From Auanema rhodensis (Eukaryota; Animalia; Nematoda), in the NCBI GenBank assembly GCA_964057225.1, contig OZ059900.1:15252001-15316000 (forward strand): 64,000 nucleotides of DNA. The letters run 5' to 3'. Position 1 is the stretch's first letter. Each line of letters starts with the position of its first letter. Shown here one piece after another: positions 27,363 through 41,300 of this stretch. The position numbers and the translations under genes are program-made. The notes under the pieces are model-generated. The model made no database searches. It was given only the letters and a program-made list of their open reading frames with translations, and had not been told where the DNA came from.

Positions 27363-30300
27363 TAGAAAAATACAAAAACACAGTTTTTCCCATGAGAAAT
27401 ATTTTATTATGCTGGAAAACCAGTTTTTGGAAATTTCGCTGTAAACAAGGTTTTGACTTACGATTTCATGTGTTCAAACTCATGCAATGTCAATGAAACC
27501 TAGCTCAAAATTGTTCGTACAACGTCTAGTTCCACTTTCACGACAAAAAAACAGGGGTTAGAAAATTTAGGAAATTAGCATATTCTGAGGGCACGCCCCT
27601 TATGGCTAATATTGATTAAATCGATTTTTGTTCATATGAGTCGTCAAAAGCAACGAATTTCAGCGTGTTACATACTAAAATGAAGTATTTTACATGCTGA
27701 ACACTAGAAAAATACAAAAACACAGTATTTCCCATGAGAAATATTTTATTATGCTGGAAAACCAGTTTTTGGAAATTTCGCTGTAAACAAGGTTTTGACT
27801 TACGATTTCATGTGTTCAAACTCATGCAATGTCAATGAAACCTTGCTCAAAATTGTTCCTACAACGTCTAGTTCCACTTTCACGACAAAAAAACAGGGGT
27901 TAGAAAATTAAGGAAATTAGCATATTCTGAGGGCACGCCCCTTATGGCTAATATTGATTAAATCGATTTTTGTTCATATGAGTCGTCAAATGAAACGAAT
28001 TTCAGGGTGTTACATACTAAAATGAAGCATTTTACATGCTGAACACTATAAAAATACAAAAACACAGTATTTCCCATGAGAAATATTTTATTATGCTGGA
28101 AAACCAGTTTTTGGAAAGTTCGCTGTAAACAAGGTTTTGACTTACGATTTCATGTGTTCAAACTCATGCAATGTCAATGAAACCTAGCTCAAAATTGTTC
28201 GTACAACGTCTAATTCCACTTTCACGACAAAAAAACAGGGGTTAGAAAATTAAGGAAATTAGCATATTCTGAGGGCACGCCCCTTATGGCTAATATTGAT
28301 TAAATCGATTTTTGTTCATATGAGTCGTCAAATGCAACGAATTTCAGCGTGTTACATACTAAAATGAAGTATTTTACATGCTGAACACTAGAAAAATACA
28401 AAAACACAGTATTTCCCATGAGAAATATTTTATTATGCTGGAAAACCAGTTTTTGGAAATTTCGCTGTAAACAAGGTTTTGACTTACGATTTCATGTGTT
28501 CAAACTCATGCAATGTCAATGAAACCTAGCTCAAAATTGTTCCTACAACGTCTAGTTCCACTTTCACGACAAAAAACAGGGGTTAGAAAATTAAGGAAAT
28601 TAGCATATTCTGAGGGCACGCCCCTTATGGCTAATATTGATTAAATCGATTTTTGTTCATATGAGTCGTCAAATGCAACGAATTTCAGCGTGTTACATAC
28701 TAAAATAAAGCATTTTACATGCTGAACACTAGAAAAATACAAAAACACAGTATTTCCCATGAGAAATATTTTATTATGCTGGAAAACCAGTTTTTGGAAA
28801 TTTCGCTGTAAACAAGGTTTTGACTTACGATTTCATGTGTTCAAACTCATGCAATGTCAATGAAACCTAGCTCAAAATTGTTCCTACAACGTCTAATTCC
28901 ACTTTCACGACAAAAAAACAGGGGTTAGAAAATTAAGGAAATTAGCATATTCTGAGGGCACGCCCCTTATGGCTAATATTGATTAAATCGATTTTTGTTC
29001 ATATGAGTCGTCAAATGCAACGAATTTCAGCGTGTTACATACTAAAATGAAGTATTTTACATGCTGAACACTAGAAAAATACAAAAACACAGTATTTCCC
29101 ATGAGAAATATTTTATTATGCTGGAAAACCAGTTTTTGGAAATTTCGCTGTAAACAAGGTTTTGACTTACGATTTCATGTGCTCAAACTCATGCAATGTC
29201 AATGAAACCTAGCTCAAAATTGTTCCTACAACGTCTAATTCCACTTTCACGACAAAAAAACAGGGGTTAGAAAATTAAGGAAATTAGCATATTCTGAGGG
29301 CACGCCCCTTATGGCTAATATTGATTAAATCGATTTTTGTTCATATGAGTCGTCAAATGCAACGAATTTTAGCGTGTTACATACTAAAATGAAGCATTTT
29401 ACATGCTGAACACTAGAAAAATACAAAAACACAGTATTTCCCATGAGAAATATTTTATTATGCTGGAAAACCAGTTTTTGGAAATTTCGCTGTAAACAAG
29501 GTTTTGACTTACGATTTCATGTGTTCAAACTCATGCAATGTCAATGAAACCTAGCTCAAAATTGTTCGTACAACGTCTAGTTCCACTTTCACGACAAAAA
29601 AACAGGGGTTAGAAAATTAAGGAAATTAGCATATTCTGAGGGCACGCCCCTTATGGCTAATATTGATTAAATCGATTTTTGTTCATATGAGTCGTCAAAT
29701 GCAACAAATTTCAGCGTGTTACATACTAAAATGAAGCATTTTACAAGCTGAACACTAGAAAAATACAAAAACACAGTTTTTCCCATGAGAAATATTTTAT
29801 TATGCTGGAAAACCAGTTTTTGGAAATTTCGCTGTAAACAAGGTTTTGACTTACGATTTCATGTGTTCAAACTCATGCAATGTCAATGAAACCTAGCTCA
29901 AAATTGTTCCTACAACGTCTAGTTCCACTTTCACGACAAAAAAACAGGGGTTAGAAAATTTAGGAAATTAGCATATTCTGAGGGCACGCCCCTTATGGCT
30001 AATATTGATTAAATCGATTTTTGTTCATATGAGTCGTCAAATGCAACGAATTTCAGCGTGTTACATACTAAAATAAAGCATTTTACATGCTGAACACTAG
30101 AAAAATACAAAAACACAGTATTTCCCATGAGAAATATTTTATTATGCTGGAAAACCAGTTTTTGGAAATTTCGCTGTAAACAAGGTTTTGACTTACGATT
30201 TCATGTGTTCAAACTCATGCAATGTCAATGAAACCTAGCTCAAAATTGTTCCTACAACGTCTAATTCCACTTTCACGACAAAAAAACAGGGGTTAGAAAA

Positions 30301-33300
30301 TTAAGGAAATTAGCATATTCTGAGGGCACGCCCCTTATGGCTAATATTGATTAAATCGATTTTTGTTCATATGAGTCGTCAAATGCAACAAATTTCAGCG
30401 TGTTACATACTAAAATGAAGCATTTTACAAGCTGAACACTAGAAAAATACAAAAACACAGTTTTTCCCATGAGAAATATTTTATTATGCTGGAAAACCAG
30501 TTTTTGGAAATTTCGCTGTAAACAAGGTTTTGACTTACGATTTCATGTGTTCAAACTCATGCAATGTCAATGAAACCTAGCTCAAAATTGTTCGTACAAC
30601 GTCTAGTTCCACTTTCACGACAAAAAAACAGGGGTTAGAAAATTTAGGAAATTAGCATATTCTGAGGGCACGCCCCTTATGGCTAATATTGATTAAATCG
30701 ATTTTTGTTCATATGAGTCGTCAAAAGCAACGAATTTCAGCGTGTTACATACTAAAATGAAGTATTTTACATGCTGAACACTAGAAAAATACAAAAACAC
30801 AGTATTTCCCATGAGAAATATTTTATTATGCTGGAAAACCAGTTTTTGGAAATTTCGCTGTAAACAAGGTTTTGACTTACGATTTCATGTGTTCAAACTC
30901 ATGCAATGTCAATGAAACCTTGCTCAAAATTGTTCCTACAACGTCTAGTTCCACTTTCACGACAAAAAAACAGGGGTTAGAAAATTAAGGAAATTAGCAT
31001 ATTCTGAGGGCACGCCCCTTATGGCTAATATTGATTAAATCGATTTTTGTTCATATGAGTCGTCAAATGAAACGAATTTCAGGGTGTTACATACTAAAAT
31101 GAAGCATTTTACATGCTGAACACTATAAAAATACAAAAACACAGTATTTCCCATGAGAAATATTTTATTATGCTGGAAAACCAGTTTTTGGAAAGTTCGC
31201 TGTAAACAAGGTTTTGACTTACGATTTCATGTGTTCAAACTCATGCAATGTCAATGAAACCTAGCTCAAAATTGTTCGTACAACGTCTAATTCCACTTTC
31301 ACGACAAAAAAACAGGGGTTAGAAAATTAAGGAAATTAGCATATTCTGAGGGCACGCCCCTTATGGCTAATATTGATTAAATCGATTTTTGTTCATATGA
31401 GTCGTCAAATGCAACGAATTTCAGCGTGTTACATACTAAAATGAAGTATTTTACATGCTGAACACTAGAAAAATACAAAAACACAGTATTTCCCATGAGA
31501 AATATTTTATTATGCTGGAAAACCAGTTTTTGGAAATTTCGCTGTAAACAAGGTTTTGACTTACGATTTCATGTGTTCAAACTCATGCAATGTCAATGAA
31601 ACCTAGCTCAAAATTGTTCCTACAACGTCTAGTTCCACTTTCACGACAAAAAACAGGGGTTAGAAAATTAAGGAAATTAGCATATTCTGAGGGCACGCCC
31701 CTTATGGCTAATATTGATTAAATCGATTTTTGTTCATATGAGTCGTCAAATGCAACGAATTTCAGCGTGTTACATACTAAAATGAAGCATTTTACATGCT
31801 GAACACTAGAAAAATACAAAAACACAGTATTTCCCATGAGAAATATTTTATTATGCTGGAAAACCAGTTTTTGGAAATTTCGCTGTAAACAAGGTTTTGA
31901 CTTACGATTTCATGTGTTCAAACTCATGCAATGTCAATGAAACCTAGCTCAAAATTGTTCCTACAACGTCTAATTCCACTTTCACGACAAAAAAACAGGG
32001 GTTAGAAAATTAAGGAAATTAGCATATTCTGAGGGCACGCCCCTTATGGCTAATATTGATTAAATCGATTTTTGTTCATATGAGTCGTCAAATGCAACGA
32101 ATTTCAGCGTGTTACATACTAAAATGAAGTATTTTACATGCTGAACACTAGAAAAATACAAAAACACAGTATTTCCCATGAGAAATATTTTATTATGCTG
32201 GAAAACCAGTTTTTGGAAATTTCGCTGTAAACAAGGTTTTGACTTACGATTTCATGTGCTCAAACTCATGCAATGTCAATGAAACCTAGCTCAAAATTGT
32301 TCCTACAACGTCTAATTCCACTTTCACGACAAAAAAACAGGGGTTAGAAAATTAAGGAAATTAGCATATTCTGAGGGCACGCCCCTTATGGCTAATATTG
32401 ATTAAATCGATTTTTGTTCATATGAGTCGTCAAATGCAACGAATTTTAGCGTGTTACATACTAAAATGAAGCATTTTACATGCTGAACACTAGAAAAATA
32501 CAAAAACACAGTATTTCCCATGAGAAATATTTTATTATGCTGGAAAACCAGTTTTTGGAAATTTCGCTGTAAACAAGGTTTTGACTTACGATTTCATGTG
32601 TTCAAACTCATGCAATGTCAATGAAACCTAGCTCAAAATTGTTCGTACAACGTCTAGTTCCACTTTCACGACAAAAAAACAGGGGTTAGAAAATTAAGGA
32701 AATTAGCATATTCTGAGGGCACGCCCCTTATGGCTAATATTGATTAAATCGATTTTTGTTCATATGAGTCGTCAAATGCAACAAATTTCAGCGTGTTACA
32801 TACTAAAATGAAGCATTTTACAAGCTGAACACTAGAAAAATACAAAAACACAGTTTTTCCCATGAGAAATATTTTATTATGCTGGAAAACCAGTTTTTGG
32901 AAATTTCGCTGTAAACAAGGTTTTGACTTACGATTTCATGTGTTCAAACTCATGCAATGTCAATGAAACCTAGCTCAAAATTGTTCCTACAACGTCTAGT
33001 TCCACTTTCACGACAAAAAAACAGGGGTTAGAAAATTTAGGAAATTAGCATATTCTGAGGGCACGCCCCTTATGGCTAATATTGATTAAATCGATTTTTG
33101 TTCATATGAGTCGTCAAATGCAACGAATTTCAGCGTGTTACATACTAAAATGAAGCATTTTACATGCTGAACACTAGAAAAATACAAAAACACAGTATTT
33201 CCCATGAGAAATATTTTATTATGCTGGAAAACCAGTTTTTGGAAATTTCGCTGTAAACAAGGTTTTGACTTACGATTTCATGTGTTCAAACTCATGCAAT

Positions 33301-33516
33301 GTCAATGAAACCTAGCTCAAAATTGTTCCTACAACGTCTAATTCCACTTTCACGACAAAAAAACAGGGGTTAGAAAATTAAGGAAATTAGCATATTCTGA
33401 GGGCACGCCCCTTATGGCTAATATTGATTAAATCGATTTTTGTTCATATGAGTCGTCAAATGCAACGAATTTCAGCGTGTTACATACTAAAATGAAGTAT
33501 TTTACATGCTGAACAC
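27363..33516. repeat. Higher-order repeat: 9-mer (3077 bp) x2
   Basis: CAAAAGC at 27649/30726, GTGCTC at ~29182/32259, and GAAAGTTCG, CAGGGTG and the A6 tract are all offset by 3077 bp. Confidence 0.85.
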
Positions 33517-36500
33517 TAGAAAATAACAAAAACACAGTATTTCCCATGAGAAATATTTTATTATGCTGGAAAACCAGTTTTTGGAAATTTCGCTGTAAAC
33601 AAGGTTTTGACTTACGATTTCATGTGTTCAAACTCATGCAATGTCAATGAAACCTAGCTCAAAATTGTTCCTACAACGTCTATTTCCACTTTCACGACAA
33701 AAAACAGGGGTTAGAAAATTAAGGAAATTAGCATATTCTGAGGGCACGCCCCTTATGGCTTATATTGATTAAATCGATTTTTGTTCATATGAGTCGTCAA
33801 ATGCAACGAATTTCAGCGTGTTACATACTAAAATGAAGCATTTTACATGCTGAACACTATAAAAATACAAAAACACAGTATTTCCCATGAGAAATATTTT
33901 ATTATGCTGGAAAACCAGTTTTTGGAAATTTCGCTGTAAACAAGGTTTTGACTTACGATTTCATGTGTTCAAACTCATGCAATGTCAATGAAACCTAGCT
34001 CAAAATTGTTCCTACAACGTCTAATTCCACTTTCACGACAAAAAAACAGGGGTTAGAAAATTAAGGAAATTAGCATATTCTGAGGGCACGCCCCTTATGG
34101 CTAATATTGATTAAATCGATTTTTGTTCATATGAGTCGTCAAATGCAACGAATTTTAGCGTGTTACATACTAAAATGAAGCATTTTACATGCTGAACAGT
34201 TTTTGGAAATTTCGCTGTAAACAAGGTTTTGACTTACGATTTCATGTGTTCGAACTCATGCAATGTCAATGAAACCTAGCTCAAAATTGTTCCTACAACG
34301 TCTAGTTCCACTTTCACGACAAAAAACAGGGGTTAGAAAATTAAGGAAATTAGCATATTCTGAGGGCACGCCCCTTATGGCTTATATTGATTAAATCGAT
34401 TTTTGTTCATATGAGTCGTCAAATGCAACGAATTTCAGCGTGTTACATACTAAAATGAAGCATTTTACATGCTGAACACTAGAAAAATACAAAAACACAG
34501 TATTTCCCATGAGAAATATTTTATTATGCTGGAAAACCAGTTTTTGGAAATTTCGCTGTAAACAAGGTTTTGACTTACGATTTCATGTGTTCAAACTCAT
34601 GCAATGTCAATGAAACCTTGCTCAAAATTGTTCCTACAACGTCTAGTTCCACTTTCACGACAAAAAAACAGGGGTTAGAAAATTAAGGAAATTAGCATAT
34701 TCTGAGGGCACGCCCCTTATGGCTTATATTGATTAAATCGATTTTTGTTCATATGAGTCGTCAAATGCAACGAATTTCAGCGTGTTACATACTAAAATGA
34801 AGCATTTTACATGCTGAACACTATAAAAATACAAAAACACAGTATTTCCCATGAGAAATATTTTATTATGCTGGAAAACCAGTTTTTGGAAATTTCGCTG
34901 TAAACAAGGTTTTGACTTACGATTTCATGTGTTCAAACTCATGCAATGTCAATGAAACCTAGCTCAAAATTGTTCCTACAACGTCTAATTCCACTTTCAC
35001 GACAAAAAAACAGGGGTTAGAAAATTAAGGAAATTAGCATATTCTGAGGGCACGCCCCTTATGGCTAATATTGATTAAATCGATTTTTGTTCATATGAGT
35101 CGTCAAATGCAACGAATTTTAGCGTGTTACATACTAAAATGAAGCATTTTACATGCTGAACAGTTTTTGGAAATTTCGCTGTAAACAAGGTTTTGACTTA
35201 CGATTTCATGTGTTCGAACTCATGCAATGTCAATGAAACCTAGCTCAAAATTGTTCCTACAACGTCTAGTTCCACTTTCACGACAAAAAACAGGGGTTAG
35301 AAAATTAAGGAAATTAGCATATTCTGAGGGCACGCCCCTTATGGCTTATATTGATTAAATCGATTTTTGTTCATATGAGTCGTCAAATGCAACGAATTTC
35401 AGCGTGTTACATACTATAATGGAGTATTTTACATGCTGAACACTAGAAAAATACAAAAACACAGTATTTCCCATGAGAAATATTTTATTATGCTGGAAAA
35501 CCAGTTTTTGGAAATTTCGCTGTAAACAAGGTTTTGACTTACGATTTCATGTGTTCAAACTCATGCAATGTCAATGAAACCTAGCTCAAAATTGTTCCTA
35601 CAACGTCTAATTCCACTTTCACGACAAAAAAACAGGGGTTAGAAAATTAAGGAAATTAGCATATTCTGAGGGCACGCCCCTTATGGCTAATATTGATTAA
35701 ATCGATTTTTGTTCATATGAGTCGTCAAATGCAACGAATTTCAGCGTGTTACATACTAAAATGAAGTATTTTACATGCTGAACACTAGAAAAATACAAAA
35801 ACACAGTATTTCCCATGAGAAATATTTTATTATGCTGGAAAACCAGTTTTTGGAAATTTCGCTGTAAACAAGGTTTTGACTTACGATTTCATGTGTTCAA
35901 ACTCATGCAATGTCAATGAAACCTAGCTCAAAATTGTTCCTACAACGTCTATTTCCACTTTCACGACAAAAAACAGGGGTTAGAAAATTAAGGAAATTAG
36001 CATATTCTGAGGGCACGCCCCTTATGGCTTATATTGATTAAATCGATTTTTGTTCATATGAGTCGTCAAATGCAACGAATTTCAGCGTGTTACATACTAA
36101 AATGAAGCATTTTACATGCTGAACACTATAAAAATACAAAAACACAGTATTTCCCATGAGAAATATTTTATTATGCTGGAAAACCAGTTTTTGGAAATTT
36201 CGCTGTAAACAAGGTTTTGACTTACGATTTCATGTGTTCAAACTCATGCAATGTCAATGAAACCTAGCTCAAAATTGTTCCTACAACGTCTAATTCCACT
36301 TTCACGACAAAAAAACAGGGGTTAGAAAATTAAGGAAATTAGCATATTCTGAGGGCACGCCCCTTATGGCTAATATTGATTAAATCGATTTTTGTTCATA
36401 TGAGTCGTCAAATGCAACGAATTTTAGCGTGTTACATACTAAAATGAAGCATTTTACATGCTGAACAGTTTTTGGAAATTTCGCTGTAAACAAGGTTTTG

Positions 36501-37712
36501 ACTTACGATTTCATGTGTTCGAACTCATGCAATGTCAATGAAACCTAGCTCAAAATTGTTCCTACAACGTCTAGTTCCACTTTCACGACAAAAAACAGGG
36601 GTTAGAAAATTAAGGAAATTAGCATATTCTGAGGGCACGCCCCTTATGGCTTATATTGATTAAATCGATTTTTGTTCATATGAGTCGTCAAATGCAACGA
36701 ATTTCAGCGTGTTACATACTATAATGGAGTATTTTACATGCTGAACACTAGAAAAATACAAAAACACAGTATTTCCCATGAGAAATATTTTATTATGCTG
36801 GAAAACCAGTTTTTGGAAATTTCGCTGTAAACAAGGTTTTGACTTACGATTTCATGTGTTCAAACTCATGCAATGTCAATGAAACCTTGCTCAAAATTGT
36901 TCCTACAACGTCTAGTTCCACTTTCACGACAAAAAAACAGGGGTTAGAAAATTAAGGAAATTAGCATATTCTGAGGGCACGCCCCTTATGGCTTATATTG
37001 ATTAAATCGATTTTTGTTCATATGAGTCGTCAAATGCAACGAATTTCAGCGTGTTACATACTAAAATGAAGCATTTTACATGCTGAACACTATAAAAATA
37101 CAAAAACACAGTATTTCCCATGAGAAATATTTTATTATGCTGGAAAACCAGTTTTTGGAAATTTCGCTGTAAACAAGGTTTTGACTTACGATTTCATGTG
37201 TTCAAACTCATGCAATGTCAATGAAACCTAGCTCAAAATTGTTCCTACAACGTCTAATTCCACTTTCACGACAAAAAAACAGGGGTTAGAAAATTAAGGA
37301 AATTAGCATATTCTGAGGGCACGCCCCTTATGGCTAATATTGATTAAATCGATTTTTGTTCATATGAGTCGTCAAATGCAACGAATTTTAGCGTGTTACA
37401 TACTAAAATGAAGCATTTTACATGCTGAACAGTTTTTGGAAATTTCGCTGTAAACAAGGTTTTGACTTACGATTTCATGTGTTCGAACTCATGCAATGTC
37501 AATGAAACCTAGCTCAAAATTGTTCCTACAACGTCTAGTTCCACTTTCACGACAAAAAACAGGGGTTAGAAAATTAAGGAAATTAGCATATTCTGAGGGC
37601 ACGCCCCTTATGGCTTATATTGATTAAATCGATTTTTGTTCATATGAGTCGTCAAATGCAACGAATTTCAGCGTGTTACATACTATAATGGAGTATTTTA
37701 CATGCTGAACAC
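33175..37712. repeat. Higher-order repeat: 7-mer (2269 bp) x2, each containing two 280-bp deletion monomers
   Basis: 61-bp deletion junctions GCTGAAC|AGTTTTTGG at 34197, 35161, 36466 and 37430 (spacings 964, 1305, 964). Unit starts at 33175, 35444 and 37713. The TCTATTT marker is at ~33683/35952. Confidence 0.92.
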
Positions 37713-38396
37713 TAGAAAAATACAAAAACACAGTATTTCCCATGAGAAATATTTTATTATGCTGGAAAACCAGTTTTTGGAAATTTCGCTGTAAACAAGG
37801 TTTTGACTTACGATTTCATGTGTTCAAACTCATGCAATGTCAATGAAACCTAGCTCAAAATTGTTCCTACAACGTCTAATTCCACTTTCACGACAAAAAA
37901 ACAGGGGTTAGAAAATTAAGGAAATTAGCATATTCTGAGGGCACGCCCCTTATGGCTAATATTGATTAAATCGATTTTTGTTCATATGAGTCGTCAAATG
38001 CAACGAATTTCAGCGTGTTACATACTAAAATGAAGTATTTCACATGCTGAACACTAGAAAAATACAAAAACACAGTATTTCCCATGAGAAATATTTTATT
38101 ATGCTGGAAAACCAGTTTTTGGAAATTTCGCTGTAAACAAGGTTTTGACTTACGATTTCATGTGTTCAAACTCATGCAATGTCAATGAAACCTTGCTCAA
38201 AATTGTTCCTACAACGTCTAGTTCCACTTTCACGACAAAAAAACAGGGGTTAGAAAATTAAGGAAATTAGCATATTCTGAGGGCACGCCCCTTATGGCTA
38301 ATATTGATTAAATCGATTTTTGTTCATATGAGTCGTCAAATGAAACGAATTTCAGGGTGTTACATACTAAAATGAAGCATTTTACATGCTGAACAC

Positions 38397-41300
38397 TAGA
38401 AAAATACAAAAACACAGTATTTCCCATGAGAAATATTTTATTATGCTGGAAAACCAGTTTTTGGAAAGTTCGCTGTAAACAAGGTTTTGACTTACGATTT
38501 CATGTGTTCAAACTCATGCAATGTCAATGAAACCTAGCTCAAAATTGTTCCTACAACGTCTAATTCCACTTTCACGACAAAAAAACAGGGGTTAGAAAAT
38601 TAAGGAAATTAGCACATTCTGAGGGCACGCCCCTTATGGCTAATATTGATTAAATCGATTTTTGTTCATATGAGTCGTCAAATGCAACGAATTTCAGCGT
38701 GTTACATACTAAAATGAAGTATTTTACATGCTGAACACTAGAAAAATACAAAAAACACAGTATTTCCCATGAGAAATATTTTATTATGCTGGAAAACCAG
38801 TTTTTGGAAATTTCGCTGTAAACAAGGTTTTGACTTACGATTTCATGTGTTCAAACTCATGCAATGTCAATGAAACCTAGCTCAAAATTGTTCCTACAAC
38901 GTCTAGTTCCACTTTCACGACAAAAAACAGGGGTTAGAAAATTAAGGAAATTAGCATATTCTGAGGGCACGCCTCTATGGCTTATATTGATTAAATCGAT
39001 TTTTGTTCATATGATTCGTCAAATGCATTGAATTTCAGCGTGTTACATACTAAAATGAAGTGTTTTACATGCTGAACACTAGAAAAATACAAAAACACAG
39101 TATTTCCCATGAGAAATATTTTATTATGCTGGAAAACCAGTTTTTGGAAATTTCGCTGTAAACAAGGTTTTGACTTACGATTTCATGTGTTCAAACTCAT
39201 GCAATGTCAATGAAACCTAGCTTAAAATTGTTCCTACAACGTCTAGTTCCACTTTCACGACAAAAAACAGGGGTTAGAAAATTAAGGAAATTAGCATATT
39301 CTGAGGGCACGCCCCTTATGGCTAATATTGATTAAATCGATTTTTGTTCATATGAGTCGTCAAATGCAACGAATTTCAGCGTGTTACATACTAAAATGAA
39401 GCATTTTACATGCTGAACACTAGAAAAATACAAAAACACAGTATTTCCCATGAGAAATATTTTATTATGCTGGAAAACCAGTTTTTGGAAATTTCGCTGT
39501 AAACAAGGTTTTGACTTACGATTTCATGTGTTCAAACTCATGCAATGTCAATGAAACCTAGCTCAAAATTGTTCCTACAACGTCTAATTCCACTTTCACG
39601 ACAAAAAAACAGGGGTTAGAAAATTAAGGAAATTAGCATATTCTGAGGGCACGCCCCTTATGGCTAATATTGATTAAATCGATTTTTGTTCATATGAGTC
39701 GTCAAATGCAACGAATTTCAGCGTGTTACATACTAAAATGAAGCATTTTACATGCTGAACACTATAAAAATACAAAAACACAGTATTTCCCATGAGAAAT
39801 ATTTTATTATGCTGGAAAACCAGTTTTTGGAAATTTCGCTGTAAACAAGGTTTTGACTTACGATTTCATGTGTTCAAACTCATGCAATGTCAATGAAACC
39901 TAGCTCAAAATTGTTCCTACAACGTCTAATTCCACTTTCACGACAAAAAAACAGGGGTTAGAAAATTAAGGAAATTAGCATATTCTGAGGGCACGCCCCT
40001 TATGGCTAATATTGATTAAATCGATTTTTGTTCATATGAGTCGTCAAATGCAACGAATTTTAGCGTGTTACATACTAAAATGAAGCATTTTACATGCTGA
40101 ACACTAGAAAAATACAAAAACACAGTATTTCCCATGAGAAATATTTTATTATGCTGGAAAACCAGTTTTTGGAAATTTCGCTGTAAACAAGGTTTTGACT
40201 TACGATTTCATGTGTTCAAACTCATGCAATGTCAATGAAACCTAGCTCAAAATTGTTCGTACAACGTCTAGTTCCACTTTCACGACAAAAAAACAGGGGT
40301 TAGAAAATTAAGGAAATTAGCATATTCTGAGGGCACGCCCCTTATGGCTAATATTGATTAAATCGATTTTTGTTCATATGAGTCGTCAAATGCAACGAAT
40401 TTCAGCGTGTTACATACTAAAATGAAGCATTTTACATGCTGAACACTAGAAAAATACAAAAACACAGTATTTCCCATGAGAAATATTTTATTATGCTGGA
40501 AAACCAGTTTTTGGAAATTTCGCTGTAAACAAGGTTTTGACTTACGATTTCATGTGTTCAAACTCATGCAATGTCAATGAAACCTAGCTCAAAATTGTTC
40601 GTACAACGTCTAGTTCCACTTTCACGACAAAAAAACAGGGGTTAGAAAATTAAGGAAATTAGCATATTCTGAGGGCACGCCCCTTATGGCTAATATTGAT
40701 TAAATCGATTTTTGTTCATATGAGTCGTCAAATGCAACGAATTTTAGCGTGTTACATACTAAAATGAAGCATTTTACATGCTGAACACTAGAAAAATACA
40801 AAAACACAGTATTTCCCATGAGAAATATTTTATTATGCTGGAAAACCAGTTTTTGGAAATTTCGCTGTAAACAAGGTTTTGACTTACGATTTCATGTGTT
40901 CAAACTCATGCAATGTCAATGAAACCTTGCTCAAAATTGTTCCTACAACGTCTAGTTCCACTTTCACGACAAAAAAACAGGGGTTAGAAAATTAAGGAAA
41001 TTAGCATATTCTGAGGGCACGCCCCTTATGGCTAATATTGATTAAATCGATTTTTGTTCATATGAGTCGTCAAATGCAACAAATTTCAGCGTGTTACATA
41101 CTAAAATGAAGCATTTTACATGCTGAACACTAGAAAAATACAAAAACACAGTTTTTCCCATGAGAAATATTTTATTATGCTGGAAAACCAGTTTTTGGAA
41201 ATTTCGCTGTAAACAAGGTTTTGACTTACGATTTCATGTGTTCAAACTCATGCAATGTCAATGAAACCTAGCTCAAAATTGTTCCTACAACGTCTAGTTC

